NCBI GenBank assembly: GCA_027021705.1
Contig: JALUTT010000010.1
Span: 1-64,000, forward strand
DNA length: 64,000 nucleotides
Reading direction: 5' to 3'
Source of the DNA: Anaerolineae bacterium
GTDB taxonomy: Bacteria > Chloroflexota > Anaerolineae > S140-20
Shown here: positions 1 to 9,700 of the stretch, piece after piece
Layout of the letters: the number at the start of each line of letters is the position of its first letter
Position numbering within the stretch: position 1 is the stretch's first letter
Translations under genes and position numbers: made by a program
The notes under the pieces: generated by a model
What the model saw: the letters and a program-made list of their open reading frames with translations, nothing else
What the model was told of the DNA's origin: nothing
Databases searched by the model: none

Positions 1-2
1 GC

Positions 3-95
3 GCCTTTGCAGGCGTGGAGTTGGAGATCCGGGATTCCGTAGCTTTCCAACTGGCCCTGCCGCTCTTCAAAAGTTGCGTTTTCTCGCCGATTTGA
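3..95 (+). CDS. 3' end of a truncated ORF, possibly a transposase C-terminus
   Basis: Open frame AFAGVELEIRDSVAFQLALPLFKSCVFSPI* from the window edge; followed by GCACAAAACTTGCG and a TTAA where a family-B repeat copy breaks off. Confidence 0.3.
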   Translation, partial: AFAGVELEIRDSVAFQLALPLFKSCVFSPI

Positions 96-127
96 ACGGT
101 TCAGCTTCTGATTGCACAAAACTTGCG

Positions 128-197
128 TTAATCTGTGTACTCGTGCCCCATTCGTGGACGGCTAGCCTCCCTATCTCCAAAGATATGGGTAATCGCC
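128..197 (-). repeat. Family B MITE-like repeat, half copy
   Basis: Reverse complement matches the left half of 59357-59508 (GGCGATTACCCATATCTTTGGAGATAGGGAG..CCGTCCACGAATGGGGCACGA). Confidence 0.85.
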
Positions 198-209
198 GGG
201 GGTGCAACT

Positions 210-324
210 GGTGATTGCCCATAAGTGAGTGAGAGGATGGGCTGTGGTAAGCCGTCCACGAGTTTCTCACGAACGCACGGATGGGGCAGTTCCTACCCCT
301 ACCCCCAAGATATGGGTAATCACC
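210..324 (-). mobile_element. Family B MITE-like repeat, internally deleted copy
   Basis: Terminal IRs GGTGATTGCCCATA / TATGGGTAATCACC; interior similar to the right half of 59357-59508; GGTGCA on both flanks. Confidence 0.75.
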
Positions 325-409
325 AAAGGTGCAGGAGTGATTACCCCCATCGGCGGGCCAAGGAACCGGATGGTCGGGCAACCATCCGGTCACAAACGTT
401 GGGCTGTTT

Positions 410-464
410 GTAACCATCCCGTAACCTCGCCTTAATTTTTGGGGATGGTGGCTTGTGGTAAAAT
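410..464 (+). promoter_or_regulatory. Three 11-bp-periodic boxes plus extended -10
   Basis: GTAACC at 410 and 421, TTAATT at 432; TGG-TAAAAT at 456-464. Confidence 0.6.
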
Positions 465-526
465 GGGGATGACCAGGGGCTAGAGGCCCGGACGCGGACC
501 TGACGGAAGAGTCAGGGGAGTGTTGG

Positions 527-1480
527 ATGGACTTGCGCATGCAACCGGCGACTCCCACAGTGGAACCGACAGCGCGCGACCGACGATCTATTGGCAGCCA
601 GCGTGTCCTGATCGTTGAAGACGAAAGTAAGGTCGCCTTCTTTTTACAAGAGAGCCTGGAAGCGCTGGAGCAGGGGCCTCAGGTCGTCAGCGTCCCCTCG
701 GCCGAGGAGGCACTCCACGAACTGGCCTACACCTCCTTCGAAGTGTTGGTGACCGACCTGAGGATGCCGGGGATGAACGGCCTGGAGCTGATTCGGCGAG
801 CTCAGGAGATGCAGCCAGGGATCACGACGATCCTCATCACTGCCTACGGTTCCGACGAGGTGCAAACCGAAGCTGCTCAGTTGGGCGTCTTCCACTACTT
901 TACCAAGCCCTTTCACATTGACGACTTCGTGGAGACAGTCCTGCGAGCCCTCCGGGAGAACCCGTTGCCGTCAGACTCCGTGCTGACCGGGGACCAAGTG
1001 GATCGGGTGGCGCGCCACTTGGAGGACCTGCGGCAGAAGGTGGGCGCTCAAGGGGCCTTCCTGGCCGATGAGATGGGCCGATTGCTCGTCCGGCGGGGAG
1101 GCTCGGTGAGCCTGAACGAGGAAGAGATGCTGGGCTATGCCCGGGAGAGCTTCCTGAGCGCTGTGCGGATGGCCCGTTACCTGGGGGAGAAGCACGTTTT
1201 CAACCTCAACTACCACCAGGGGACGGCTTACGATGTTTACACGGCCGGCGTGGGAGAGCGTTTTTTCCTCACGCTGACCTTTGATCGGCGGGTGCGCTCC
1301 AGCCAGATCGGGCTCGTCTGGCTCTACACCCGGCAGACTGTGGAACAACTTGTTCCCCTCCTGGCGGCTACTGGGGAGGTGGCCCAGCCCTCCAAGTCCG
1401 ATAGCCCGAAGCCAGCCCCGCGGACACTCTCGCTGCCATCGCCCATCCCGCAGGCTGGCGGGCTGGTGGAGTCGGGATAA
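527..1480 (+). CDS. Response regulator: receiver domain fused to a Roadblock/MglB-like domain
   Basis: REC motifs VLIVED, DLRMPGMNG, ITAYG, KPF; C-terminal GAQGAFLADEMGRLL...LTLTFD...IGLVWL resembles Roadblock/LC7. Confidence 0.85.
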   Translation: MDLRMQPATPTVEPTARDRRSIGSQRVLIVEDESKVAFFLQESLEALEQGPQVVSVPSAEEALHELAYTSFEVLVTDLRMPGMNGLELIRRAQEMQPGITTILITAYGSDEVQTEAAQLGVFHYFTKPFHIDDFVETVLRALRENPLPSDSVLTGDQVDRVARHLEDLRQKVGAQGAFLADEMGRLLVRRGGSVSLNEEEMLGYARESFLSAVRMARYLGEKHVFNLNYHQGTAYDVYTAGVGERFFLTLTFDRRVRSSQIGLVWLYTRQTVEQLVPLLAATGEVAQPSKSDSPKPAPRTLSLPSPIPQAGGLVESG

Positions 1481-1597
1481 GGCAGGCCCCCCGGTTGGAA
1501 GGGAGGAAGGAGTCGCCCAGAGAGGTTGCCGGTCGGTTGTGGTTGGGGATGGCAGGTCGTTGGGATGGCAATGATGGTGAGAACTGGGGAGAGACGT

Positions 1598-1768
1598 ATG
1601 CAAGGGAAGCGAGTGGGTCGGCTGGTAGGGCGTAAGGTTCGAGAGTTGGAGAGGCGTTTTCGAGAGTGGCTGGCGTTGGGATGGTTGAATGGTAGGACGC
1701 CGACCTGGCAACCGGTGCTCATCCCTGTCCGCCCCCTGCGGCGGCGGGGCAGGCGGTGGCACCCCTGA
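1598..1768 (+). CDS. Small basic hypothetical protein (56 aa)
   Basis: GGGGAGAG RBS before ATG; WQPVLIPVRP motif; downstream hairpins. Confidence 0.5.
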   Translation: MQGKRVGRLVGRKVRELERRFREWLALGWLNGRTPTWQPVLIPVRPLRRRGRRWHP

Positions 1769-1844
1769 CCGAGTGGGCTGATACAGTCCGGTGTCGGTCT
1801 GGCCGCGCCCGGCTCCGGCTGTATGGGCAACTTCCTCCTTCCGC

Positions 1845-1870
1845 TCGAGCGACCCTTCGGGGTCGCTCGA
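1845..1870. terminator. Hairpin between convergent genes
   Basis: TCGAGCGACCC-TTCG-GGGTCGCTCGA. Confidence 0.6.
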
Positions 1871-1924
1871 TGCGTTTTCTGAGGGATGGCGAGCTCAGAG
1901 GAACCGGTGATCCCGGGAATGTTC

Positions 1925-3070
1925 CTACGAGTGCAGGACCTGGATCAGGGCCTCGCCGTAAGTGCGCAGCTTCCAGGGGCCCAGGACACCCAACTCGGCC
2001 AGGGCTTCCGGCGATGAGGGGGCGTGGCTCGCAATGGTCCACAAAGCGGCATTGGAGATGACCACGTCGGGGTCCACGCCCCGTCGGGCCGCCACCTGGC
2101 GACGCCATTCCCGCAGCGCTTCATAGCGCAGGATGGCGATCTCGTCAGGCCGGGGAGGACGGGGGGGCGGCGGGGGTGGCGGGTCCTTCTTCCCTTCCCG
2201 GATCGCTCGCAGGAGGGCGGAGCCATAGCGGCGGATGTGGTGCTCCTTCAGACCGGGGATGCCTATCATCGCCTCTGTCCGGTCAGGGCGGACCCGGGCC
2301 AGGGCCACTAAGGTGCTATCTCCCAGCACCTTGAAGGGAGGGCGGTTGCGGCGACGGGCCTCCCGATCTCGCCAGATCGCCAACCGGCGTAGGATTGCCT
2401 GGCCCTGGGGGTCCAGGTCCCACGCGCCCCGGATCCGCCAGAAATCGTCGGGGGTGAAGGAAGAGAAGTGGGGCTCGATGGCGGTCAGTTCGGCGAAGAC
2501 CTCGCGGGCCTCCTCCAACCGTCCCCGGGAGCGGAGTTCGGCGAGCAGCCGATCCCGCAGCGGCAGGAGATAGTGGGTATCCAGCCGGGCGTAGTCCAGG
2601 GCCTCGGTGGGCAGAGGGCGCTCTCCCCAGTTGAACCGCTGCCATTTTTTGTTCACGTGAACGTTGAAGTGGGTCTTGAGGATGCTGGCCAGCCCCACCT
2701 GGGACCAGCCCAGGATGCGGGCGGCCCATTGGGTGTCGAAGAGGTTGGCGAAGCTCCAGCCAAAGTCGCGCTTCAGGCAGGCGATGTCGTAGTCGGCTGC
2801 GTGGAAGACCTTCTCGATCGCCGGATTGGCGAAGAGCTCTCCCAAGGGGGAGAGGTCTAGGTCGGCCAGCGGATCCACCAAGTAGTCGGCCTGGGGTGTG
2901 GAAAATTGGATGAGGCAGACCTGTTCCTGGTAAGCGTGGAGGCTGTTGGACTCGGTGTCCACAGCGATGGCTGGCTGCTCTCGTAGGGCGGCCATCAACA
3001 GGGCCAGTTGGGCAGGGCGGGTGATGAGAACCGGGGGTGGAAGGCGAGGCGTGCGAGAAAGGTGTGTCAC
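1925..3070 (-). CDS. rnd: Ribonuclease D (DEDDy exonuclease with two HRDC domains)
   Basis: AVDTE, KVFHAADYD, LFDTQ, YARLDTHYL; HRDC motifs; GTG start overlaps mgtE stop (GTGA). Confidence 0.92.
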   Translation of the reverse strand: MTHLSRTPRLPPPVLITRPAQLALLMAALREQPAIAVDTESNSLHAYQEQVCLIQFSTPQADYLVDPLADLDLSPLGELFANPAIEKVFHAADYDIACLKRDFGWSFANLFDTQWAARILGWSQVGLASILKTHFNVHVNKKWQRFNWGERPLPTEALDYARLDTHYLLPLRDRLLAELRSRGRLEEAREVFAELTAIEPHFSSFTPDDFWRIRGAWDLDPQGQAILRRLAIWRDREARRRNRPPFKVLGDSTLVALARVRPDRTEAMIGIPGLKEHHIRRYGSALLRAIREGKKDPPPPPPPRPPRPDEIAILRYEALREWRRQVAARRGVDPDVVISNAALWTIASHAPSSPEALAELGVLGPWKLRTYGEALIQVLHS

Positions 3071-4416
3071 AGCAACCCTTTCAGGGCTATGGTAGCCAAA
3101 CCTAAGTAGATGAAGTAGCCGCAAGTGTCGGTCGTCGTGGTGACCAGGATGGGGGAGGCCAAGGCCGGGTCAATGCCCACCAGGGAGAGGAAGAGAGGGA
3201 CCAGGACTCCAGCCAGACCAGCGGCGATCAGGTTGAGGAGCATCGCAATGCCCACGATGAGCCCCAGGGCTGGCATCCCCTTCCAGATGGCGGCGATGAG
3301 GGCGACCAGCAGGCCCAAAGCGATGCCGTTGACGATGCCGATGCCGACCTCCTTGGCCAGGACCCGCAGTCCCCGGCGGGGTTCCACCTCCCCCAGGGCC
3401 AGGCTGCGCACGATGACGGTCAGCGTCTGGGTGCCGGCGCTGCCGCTGACTCCGGCCACGATGGGGAAGAAGGCGGCCAAGGCGGCGACCTGGGCGATGG
3501 TGCCCTCGAAGAGGCTGAGGACGGTGGCGGAGATCAGAGCAGTGGCGATGTTCAGAACCAGCCAGGGCAGCCGGGTGCGCAGCGACTCCCAGGGGGGCGC
3601 ATCCACATCCTCCTCTTCGGGCACACCGCCCAGACGGTAGATGTCCTCGGTCGCCTCTTCTTCCAGCACCTCGACCAGGTCGTCGTGGGTGATGAGGCCC
3701 AGGAGGTGACCCTGGGCATCGGTGACCGGCAGGGCCAGCAGGTCGTAGCGGGACATCAGCCGGGCACACTCCTCCTGGTCGGTGCCGGCCTGGACGTAGA
3801 TCACGTCCGGATCCATGATCACCTCGATGGGGGTCTCCGGCTCGGCGATGACGAGCTGGCGCAGGGAGACGACCCCCACCAGGCGGTTGTCGTCGTCCAC
3901 GACGAAAAGGTAGTAGACGGTCTCGGTGTCGGGAGCGGCGCGGCGCAGGTGGGTGATCGCCTCTTCGACGGTCATGTCTCGGTGCAGCACGACCGGCGCT
4001 GGGGTCATCAGCCCGCCGGCGCTCTCGTCCTCGTGGGCCATTAGGAGGCGGACCTCGTCGGCATCGGTCATAGCCTCCAATGCCCTGACCGCCTGCTCAG
4101 GCCGGATGTCCCCCAGCAGGTCAGCAGCCTCGTCCGGCTCCATCTCGTCTAGGATGCGGACCAGATCGTCCATCTCCAGGCGAGATGCCACCTCAGCGGC
4201 CTCCTCCTCGTCCATCTCCTCCAGAATGTCGGCGGAATCCTCGACATCCAGGTGGGGGAGCAGCTCGTCCTGCTCCTGAGGCTCCAGGTCGCTGAAGAGG
4301 TCAGCCTGGTCGGCCGGGCGCAAGGCTTCGATGAGGGAGACGGCTCGGTCCCAGTCATCCCGGGCCAACGCCTCCCGCACCTCAGTCAGGATCTCGTCTA
4401 TCACCACTGCTTCCAC
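3067..4416 (-). CDS. mgtE: Magnesium transporter MgtE
   Basis: Acidic N domain, CBS pair (SAGGLMT, LLGLITHDD), RLPWL, DPALAS..TTTTD membrane motifs; GTG start with GGAG RBS. Confidence 0.95.
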   Translation of the reverse strand: MEAVVIDEILTEVREALARDDWDRAVSLIEALRPADQADLFSDLEPQEQDELLPHLDVEDSADILEEMDEEEAAEVASRLEMDDLVRILDEMEPDEAADLLGDIRPEQAVRALEAMTDADEVRLLMAHEDESAGGLMTPAPVVLHRDMTVEEAITHLRRAAPDTETVYYLFVVDDDNRLVGVVSLRQLVIAEPETPIEVIMDPDVIYVQAGTDQEECARLMSRYDLLALPVTDAQGHLLGLITHDDLVEVLEEEATEDIYRLGGVPEEEDVDAPPWESLRTRLPWLVLNIATALISATVLSLFEGTIAQVAALAAFFPIVAGVSGSAGTQTLTVIVRSLALGEVEPRRGLRVLAKEVGIGIVNGIALGLLVALIAAIWKGMPALGLIVGIAMLLNLIAAGLAGVLVPLFLSLVGIDPALASPILVTTTTDTCGYFIYLGLATIALKGLL

Positions 4417-4439
4417 AGACCGCTCCACTTCTGAAGCAA

Positions 4440-4560
4440 AGAAACCCGGCTGTTTCCTGCAAGAGGGATCCCTTTGGCTCCAGAAAGCCCTGGCAGCCAA
4501 CCCTGCCTTGCTTGCAGAGCGCCCAACCGGGTTTCTGAGACGTCGCGCTCCGAAGAGCCC
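4440..4560 (-). ncRNA. Structured 5' leader of mgtE, candidate riboswitch
   Basis: 13-bp stem 4524-4536/4440-4452 enclosing nested stems; 5' GCTC-TTCG-GAGC hairpin. Confidence 0.5.
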
Positions 4561-4566
4561 CAACGT

Positions 4567-4594
4567 ATTATGCCAGATTCTCGAGGGAAGTCAA
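4567..4594 (-). promoter_or_regulatory. Sigma70 promoter of mgtE-rnd
   Basis: TTGACT-16 bp-CATAAT with extended TG. Confidence 0.65.
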
Positions 4595-4615
4595 CCGAGA
4601 AAGTTGGTCTAGGGA

Positions 4616-4710
4616 TCCTCCCGCAGGTTCCCCCCACGGCCTGAAGTGCGTCACGGCCAGTTTCCGGTGAGCCGTTGCTGTCGCCGGGCACCACGTGACC
4701 TGCGGGAGGA
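4616..4710. repeat. Family A-related palindromic element (same ends, different interior)
   Basis: Perfect 13-bp IR TCCTCCCGCAGGT / ACCTGCGGGAGGA. Confidence 0.7.
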
Positions 4711-4730
4711 CACTGCAATGGAGCGAGCGA

Positions 4731-5807
4731 TCACGGCGTACTCCCCCCCGGCATCTCCGAAGAGGGGGAGGAGGGCGTTACAGACCGCCCTTGCTCCGCC
4801 TGGCCGATGAGGGATTGCAGATCGAAGAGGTATGGGCTGTTGGCCGGCAGCAGCATAATCGTAACGTTGGGAGCCAGCTTCTCGATGTACTTGTACTGCA
4901 GCAGTTGGGGGTTCTTGGACAGAACCTCGTTGATCAACGCCAGCGCCTCGGCCTCAGCCTGGGCGCGGATCTTCACGGCTCTCGCTTCCCCCTCCGCCTG
5001 GGTGATGGCTGCATCTCGGAGGCCTTCAGCCTCGACCCGCTTCCGTTCCGCTTCCTGTTGCTCTCGCTGGAGCACATACTCCATCTGCTCGGCCTGCTGC
5101 TGGGCGATCTGCTTCTGCTCGATGGCCTTGGCGTATTCATCGGTGAAGTTCACGTTGCGGATGTCGAAGGAGAGGAGTTCGAACCCCTCCGGTTCAAATC
5201 GCTCGCGCAGGGCTTCGGTGATTGCCTCCTGGATCTCCGCCCGCTTGGGGCCGTAGATCTCCGCCACCGTGTGCTGGGAAACGTAGTGCCGGACGATGGA
5301 ACGGATGCTGGGCCGGATGAGGATCTCTCTGTAGTCGTAGCGGAAGTTGTTGTGGATGTAGGGGGCCATCTCCGGCTTGATCCGATAGCGGGTGGAGGAG
5401 TCAATGCCGACCTGAAGCCCCTCGATCGTGGGCGACCAGAGGGAATCGTCGCCCAGCACTTCCCCCTCGGCATAGGTCTTAGTCATCGTGTAGACCTGCT
5501 CGCGGGTAGAGTAGCGGTAGACCTCGTTGATGTAGGGGATGAGGATGTGCATCCCCGGCATCAGCGGGGTATCCTGGAGACCGGTGATGGCGTTGAAGAC
5601 GACCCCCACCTCGCCAGCGTCAATGACCACGACGCTGGCCCCGATGGCATTGGAGAGCAAGGCCAGGACCAGCAGGGTCAGGATGACGGAGAGCCGGAAG
5701 CGGACACGGGGGTTCCGTCGGCGCTCCGAGAAGGTGTACAGGATGTACCCGACTAAGAGGATGAAGAAGACAAACCCCAGCAGACTGAGCAGCCGTGCCA
5801 CAATCAT
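4731..5807 (-). CDS. SPFH/prohibitin (band 7) membrane protein
   Basis: Two N-terminal TM helices, VVIDAGEVGVVFN, AIEQKQIAQQ, AEGEA coiled coil. Confidence 0.92.
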   Translation of the reverse strand: MIVARLLSLLGFVFFILLVGYILYTFSERRRNPRVRFRLSVILTLLVLALLSNAIGASVVVIDAGEVGVVFNAITGLQDTPLMPGMHILIPYINEVYRYSTREQVYTMTKTYAEGEVLGDDSLWSPTIEGLQVGIDSSTRYRIKPEMAPYIHNNFRYDYREILIRPSIRSIVRHYVSQHTVAEIYGPKRAEIQEAITEALRERFEPEGFELLSFDIRNVNFTDEYAKAIEQKQIAQQQAEQMEYVLQREQQEAERKRVEAEGLRDAAITQAEGEARAVKIRAQAEAEALALINEVLSKNPQLLQYKYIEKLAPNVTIMLLPANSPYLFDLQSLIGQAEQGRSVTPSSPSSEMPGGSTP

Positions 5808-6118
5808 CGCGTCTTCTCCTCGATCGCGGTCCTCTTCTCCAGGGCTTCCAACTGTTCCAGGAAAGCCTCCAAGCTCTCGGCCTGAGCAGCCATCCCCACT
5901 GCTTCTCGCAATGCCTCTGGGTCCTCGATCCGCTTTAGGTGATCTTCCAGCGTCTTGATCTGCCGGTAGGAGAGGTCAAGGCGGATCAGTAGGAGGTCCA
6001 TGATGTCCTCCCGCCGGGCCTGCAAGAGACCTTTCTGGAGACCGCGTTGTATCCCTCGTTCTTCACCCTTGCGGATGCCTTCCTCGATCCATTCTTCAAT
6101 GAAACTCGCTTCGCGCAT
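5804..6118 (-). CDS. Putative in-frame internal small protein (RpnS-like, 104 aa)
   Basis: AGGAGGT at 6126-6132 placed 4 and 7 nt before tandem in-frame ATGs. Confidence 0.6.
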   Translation of the reverse strand: MREASFIEEWIEEGIRKGEERGIQRGLQKGLLQARREDIMDLLLIRLDLSYRQIKTLEDHLKRIEDPEALREAVGMAAQAESLEAFLEQLEALEKRTAIEEKTR

Positions 6119-6748
6119 CATCTCCACCTCCTCTCGAAAGAAGTCCCACAGAAAGTCTCGCTCAAAGTATCGGCTCGCCACCGTCACCGCCGCCGCCAGC
6201 AACTCCGCCCGCCGCCGCTCATCCCGCTCCTCCAGGATCAGCCGTCGCTCCTCCGCCAACACCCCCTCGTCTCGCTCCTCGGCCACCACCACCAGCAGCG
6301 GAGCCAAGGCCCGCAACTCCCCGCTCCGTATCCGCTCCTCGTGCTCCCACAGCCCCACCGTCGGATACCGAAAGCGGTTGACCACCTCGCCCCCCAGCCG
6401 GGTCTCGTACACCCCTGGCGGCACCCGGTGGCGCCGCTCCAGGTAGAGCACCAAGGTCAGCACCTCCTGGTCGAAGCGGCGGGTGAGGGCCCCGGAGTAG
6501 ACGAAGAGCCGCCGGGGGAGGTCCGGCTCGTGGCGGGTCTGGAACTCCAGGTGGAGGAGCTTTTCGGTCCCCTCGTCCTCGATCTGATGGACGAAGTCCA
6601 CCCGCTGGGCGGGCAGGTCAATCTCGACGTTCTCGACGGTGCCGAGAAGGCGGACAGGGCGGTGGGGGAAGGCGAGCCGCAGGAAGGCGTCGGCGTGGTT
6701 GCGGGCCAGGACCTTGAGCGCCCGGTCGAAGAGGGAGTGTTGGGTCAT
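5804..6748 (-). CDS. Rpn-family PD-(D/E)XK nuclease
   Basis: FDRALK..RVDFV..LHLEFQ..LPRRLFVY; C-terminal EEG..KG..RG repeats; ATGA overlap with metH stop. Confidence 0.85.
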   Translation of the reverse strand: MTQHSLFDRALKVLARNHADAFLRLAFPHRPVRLLGTVENVEIDLPAQRVDFVHQIEDEGTEKLLHLEFQTRHEPDLPRRLFVYSGALTRRFDQEVLTLVLYLERRHRVPPGVYETRLGGEVVNRFRYPTVGLWEHEERIRSGELRALAPLLVVVAEERDEGVLAEERRLILEERDERRRAELLAAAVTVASRYFERDFLWDFFREEVEMMREASFIEEWIEEGIRKGEERGIQRGLQKGLLQARREDIMDLLLIRLDLSYRQIKTLEDHLKRIEDPEALREAVGMAAQAESLEAFLEQLEALEKRTAIEEKTR

Positions 6749-9700
6749 CGGTTCGCCTCCTCGGGGGGCCGGCGAATCGCTTGCGCCAGTTGGGCATCCC
6801 GGCCGAGGCCGACGGAGAAGTAGCGGGCTGCCGGATGGTGGACGACCAGGGCGGCGGTGGACTGCTCCGGCACCAGTTGGTAGGCCGGCGTCAAGCTCAT
6901 CCCCAGCGCCTCTTCGGCCGGCAGCAGGTCGAAGACGAGCCGGTGCTGGCTCAGGTCGGGACAGGCGGGATAGCCCCAAGAATAGCGCTTCCCCTGGTCG
7001 TCGGTCAGCCCCAGCTCCCGCCGGATGTAGCGGTGCAGGTACTCGGCCGTCGCCTCGGCCGTCTGGACGGCCAGGCCGTGGACGTAGTAGGCTTCGCTGT
7101 AGTCGCCGGCCGCCTGCAGGGCGTCGAACTTCTCCGTGGCCCCCGGCCCCACCGTCACCACCTGCAGCGCCACCACATCCACCTGGGGCGATCCCACCGG
7201 CGCGAAGTAGTCGGCCAGGCAGAGCCGCTCTCCCGAGGGCTGGCGCGGGAAGGTGAAGCGGGCGATCTCCCGCCGCGCGGCCGGCTCCCGCCAGTCGTAG
7301 AGCACCAGGTCGTCCCCCTCGCTCTGGCAGGGGAAGTAGCCGTAGACGGCCTGGGGGCGCAGGTAGCCCTCCTGCAACGCTTCCCGCTGCATCCGGGCCA
7401 GCCGCGCCTCAAACTCCGCCTCCAGCCGCTCCCAAGCCTCACCGCGCGTGTTCTTGCCCCCCCAGCTCAGGCGGAAGAGTTCCGGCTTGTGGATGTAAGG
7501 GAAGACGGCCTCCAGGGGGATCTCCCGCACCACGCGGGGGCCCCAGAAGGGGGGCTCCGGGATGCGCGGGGGCGGCGGGACGGACCTCGGCCCGGCCTCC
7601 GCCGGACCGGGGGCCGCCGCCGTCGGAGCGGGGCGCTGCCGGACCTCGGCCTCCGCCTCGGCGATGACCTGGGCCAGCAGTGCCTCCCGCTGCTCCGGGT
7701 TCACCAGCCGATCCATCACCGCCAGCCCCTCGAAAGCGTCCTTGCAGTAGAAGACGCCGGCCGGGTAGGGGCGACCGTTGTCCTCCAGGAAGAGGATGCG
7801 CCGCCCGAAGCGCCGGTTGATGGCTGCGCCCCCGATGAGGACGGGGATCTCCAGCCCTCGTCGGGCCAGTTCGTTGACCACCAGGGGCATCTGGCGGCTG
7901 GTGCTGACCAGCAGGGCGCTCAGCCCGATGGCGTCGGCCTGTACTTCTACCGCCTTGTCAATGATGACGTTGGCGGGCACCTGCTTCCCCAGGTCGTGGA
8001 CGATGTAGCCGTTGTTGACCAGGATCGTCTTGACCAGGTTCTTGCCGATGTCGTGGACGTCGCCGTAGACGGTGGCCAGGACGATCTGCCCTTTGCTCGT
8101 CCCCTCCGCCCGTTCCAAGTAGGTCTCCAGCCGGGCGACGGCCTGCTTCATCACCTCGGCGCTCTGGAGGACGAAGGGGAGGATCAGCTCGCCGGCCCCG
8201 AACCGGTCTCCCACCTCCTTCATCGCCGGCAGGAGGACCTGGTTGAGAGTCCAGACGGGATCGTGGGCGGCGACCACCGCGTCCACCAGCGCCTCGATCC
8301 CCTCCTTGCGCCGGTGGACGATCTGCCAGTAGAGCTTCTCCTCCGGCGTCATCCCGGCGGTGGGGTCCACCCGCTCCGCCTCTTCCATCGTCACCTCGTG
8401 CTCCTCGAAGTACTGGATGAAGCGGGAGAGGGCGTCAGGTCGGCGGTTGAAGATCAGGTCGTCGGCCAGCGTCCGCTGCTCTTCGGGAATCTCGCTGTAG
8501 GGCGTCGTGTGACGGGGGTTCACGATGGCCACATCCAGCCCGGCCTCCACGGCGTGGTAGAGGAAGACGCTGTTGAGCACCCGGCGGGCGGCCGGCTGGA
8601 GGCCGAAGGAGACGTTGCTCACCCCCAGGTTGGTCAGCACGCCGGGCAGTTCTGCCTTGATGCGCCGGAGCCCCTCCAGCGTCTCCACGGCGGCGTTGGC
8701 GTACTCGGGATCGCCGGTCGCCAGGGTGAAGGTGAGCGGGTCGAAGATGAGGGCATCGGGCGGCAGGCCGTACTCCTCCACGGCGATCCGGTAGATGCGC
8801 CGGGCCACCTCCAGCTTCCGCTCGGCGGTCCTGGCCATCCCCTGCTCGTCTATGGTCAGGGCGACGACGGCGGCTCCGTGCTTGACGGCCAGGGGGAGGA
8901 CGGCGTCTATCCGGTCGCGCCCCCCTTCCAGGTGGATCGAGTTGATGATGCCCCGCCCCGGGTAGGTCTCCAGGGCGGCCTCGATGACGGCCGGCTCCGT
9001 GGAGTCGAACATCAGCGGTGCCTCGACGCTGGTGGAGAGCTTCTTCACCACCGTGCGCATCATCTCCGCCTCGTCCTCCCGCTCCGTCATCGCCACGCAG
9101 ACGTCGAGGACGTGGGCCCCGTAGGCCATCTGCTCCTGGGCCAGTTCCAGGATGGCGTCGTAATCGCCGGCCAGGAGGAGCCGCTTGGCCTTCCGGCTGC
9201 CCTGAGCGTTGATCCGCTCACCCACCAGGAGGGGGGGCGGCTCCTGGCGCAGGGGGACGGCCCGCATGCCCGAGGAGACGGTGGGGATGTAGGTGCGCTG
9301 CCGGCCGGCCCGGATCGCGCCCGGACGCCGGGCCTGCTCCTGGCGGTAGCGTTGGGGGGAGATGACCTCGATAAGGCGCTCGATGTGGGCCGGCGTCGTG
9401 CCGCAGCAGCCCCCCACCACCTCCACCCCCCAGGCGACGAACTCGGCCATCATCTCGGCGAAGGGGTCGGGCTGGAGGGGGTAGACCGCCTCCCCGTCCA
9501 CGTTGAGGGGGAGCCCGGCGTTGGGGAGGACGCTGATGGGGCGAGGGCTGTGCTCCACCAGGTAGCGGACCGGCTCCCGCATATGCTCCGGCCCCGTAGA
9601 GCAGTTGATGCCGATGACGTCAATGGGCAGGTAGACCAGCGTCGTCAGGGCTGCCGCGATGTCGGTCCCCAGGAGCATCCGCCCGGAGGTGTCCAGCGTC

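Noticed and set aside
4417..4563. N-terminal extension of MgtE from the ORF track
   Set aside because: Starts at the predicted +1 without an RBS; region better explained as a structured leader
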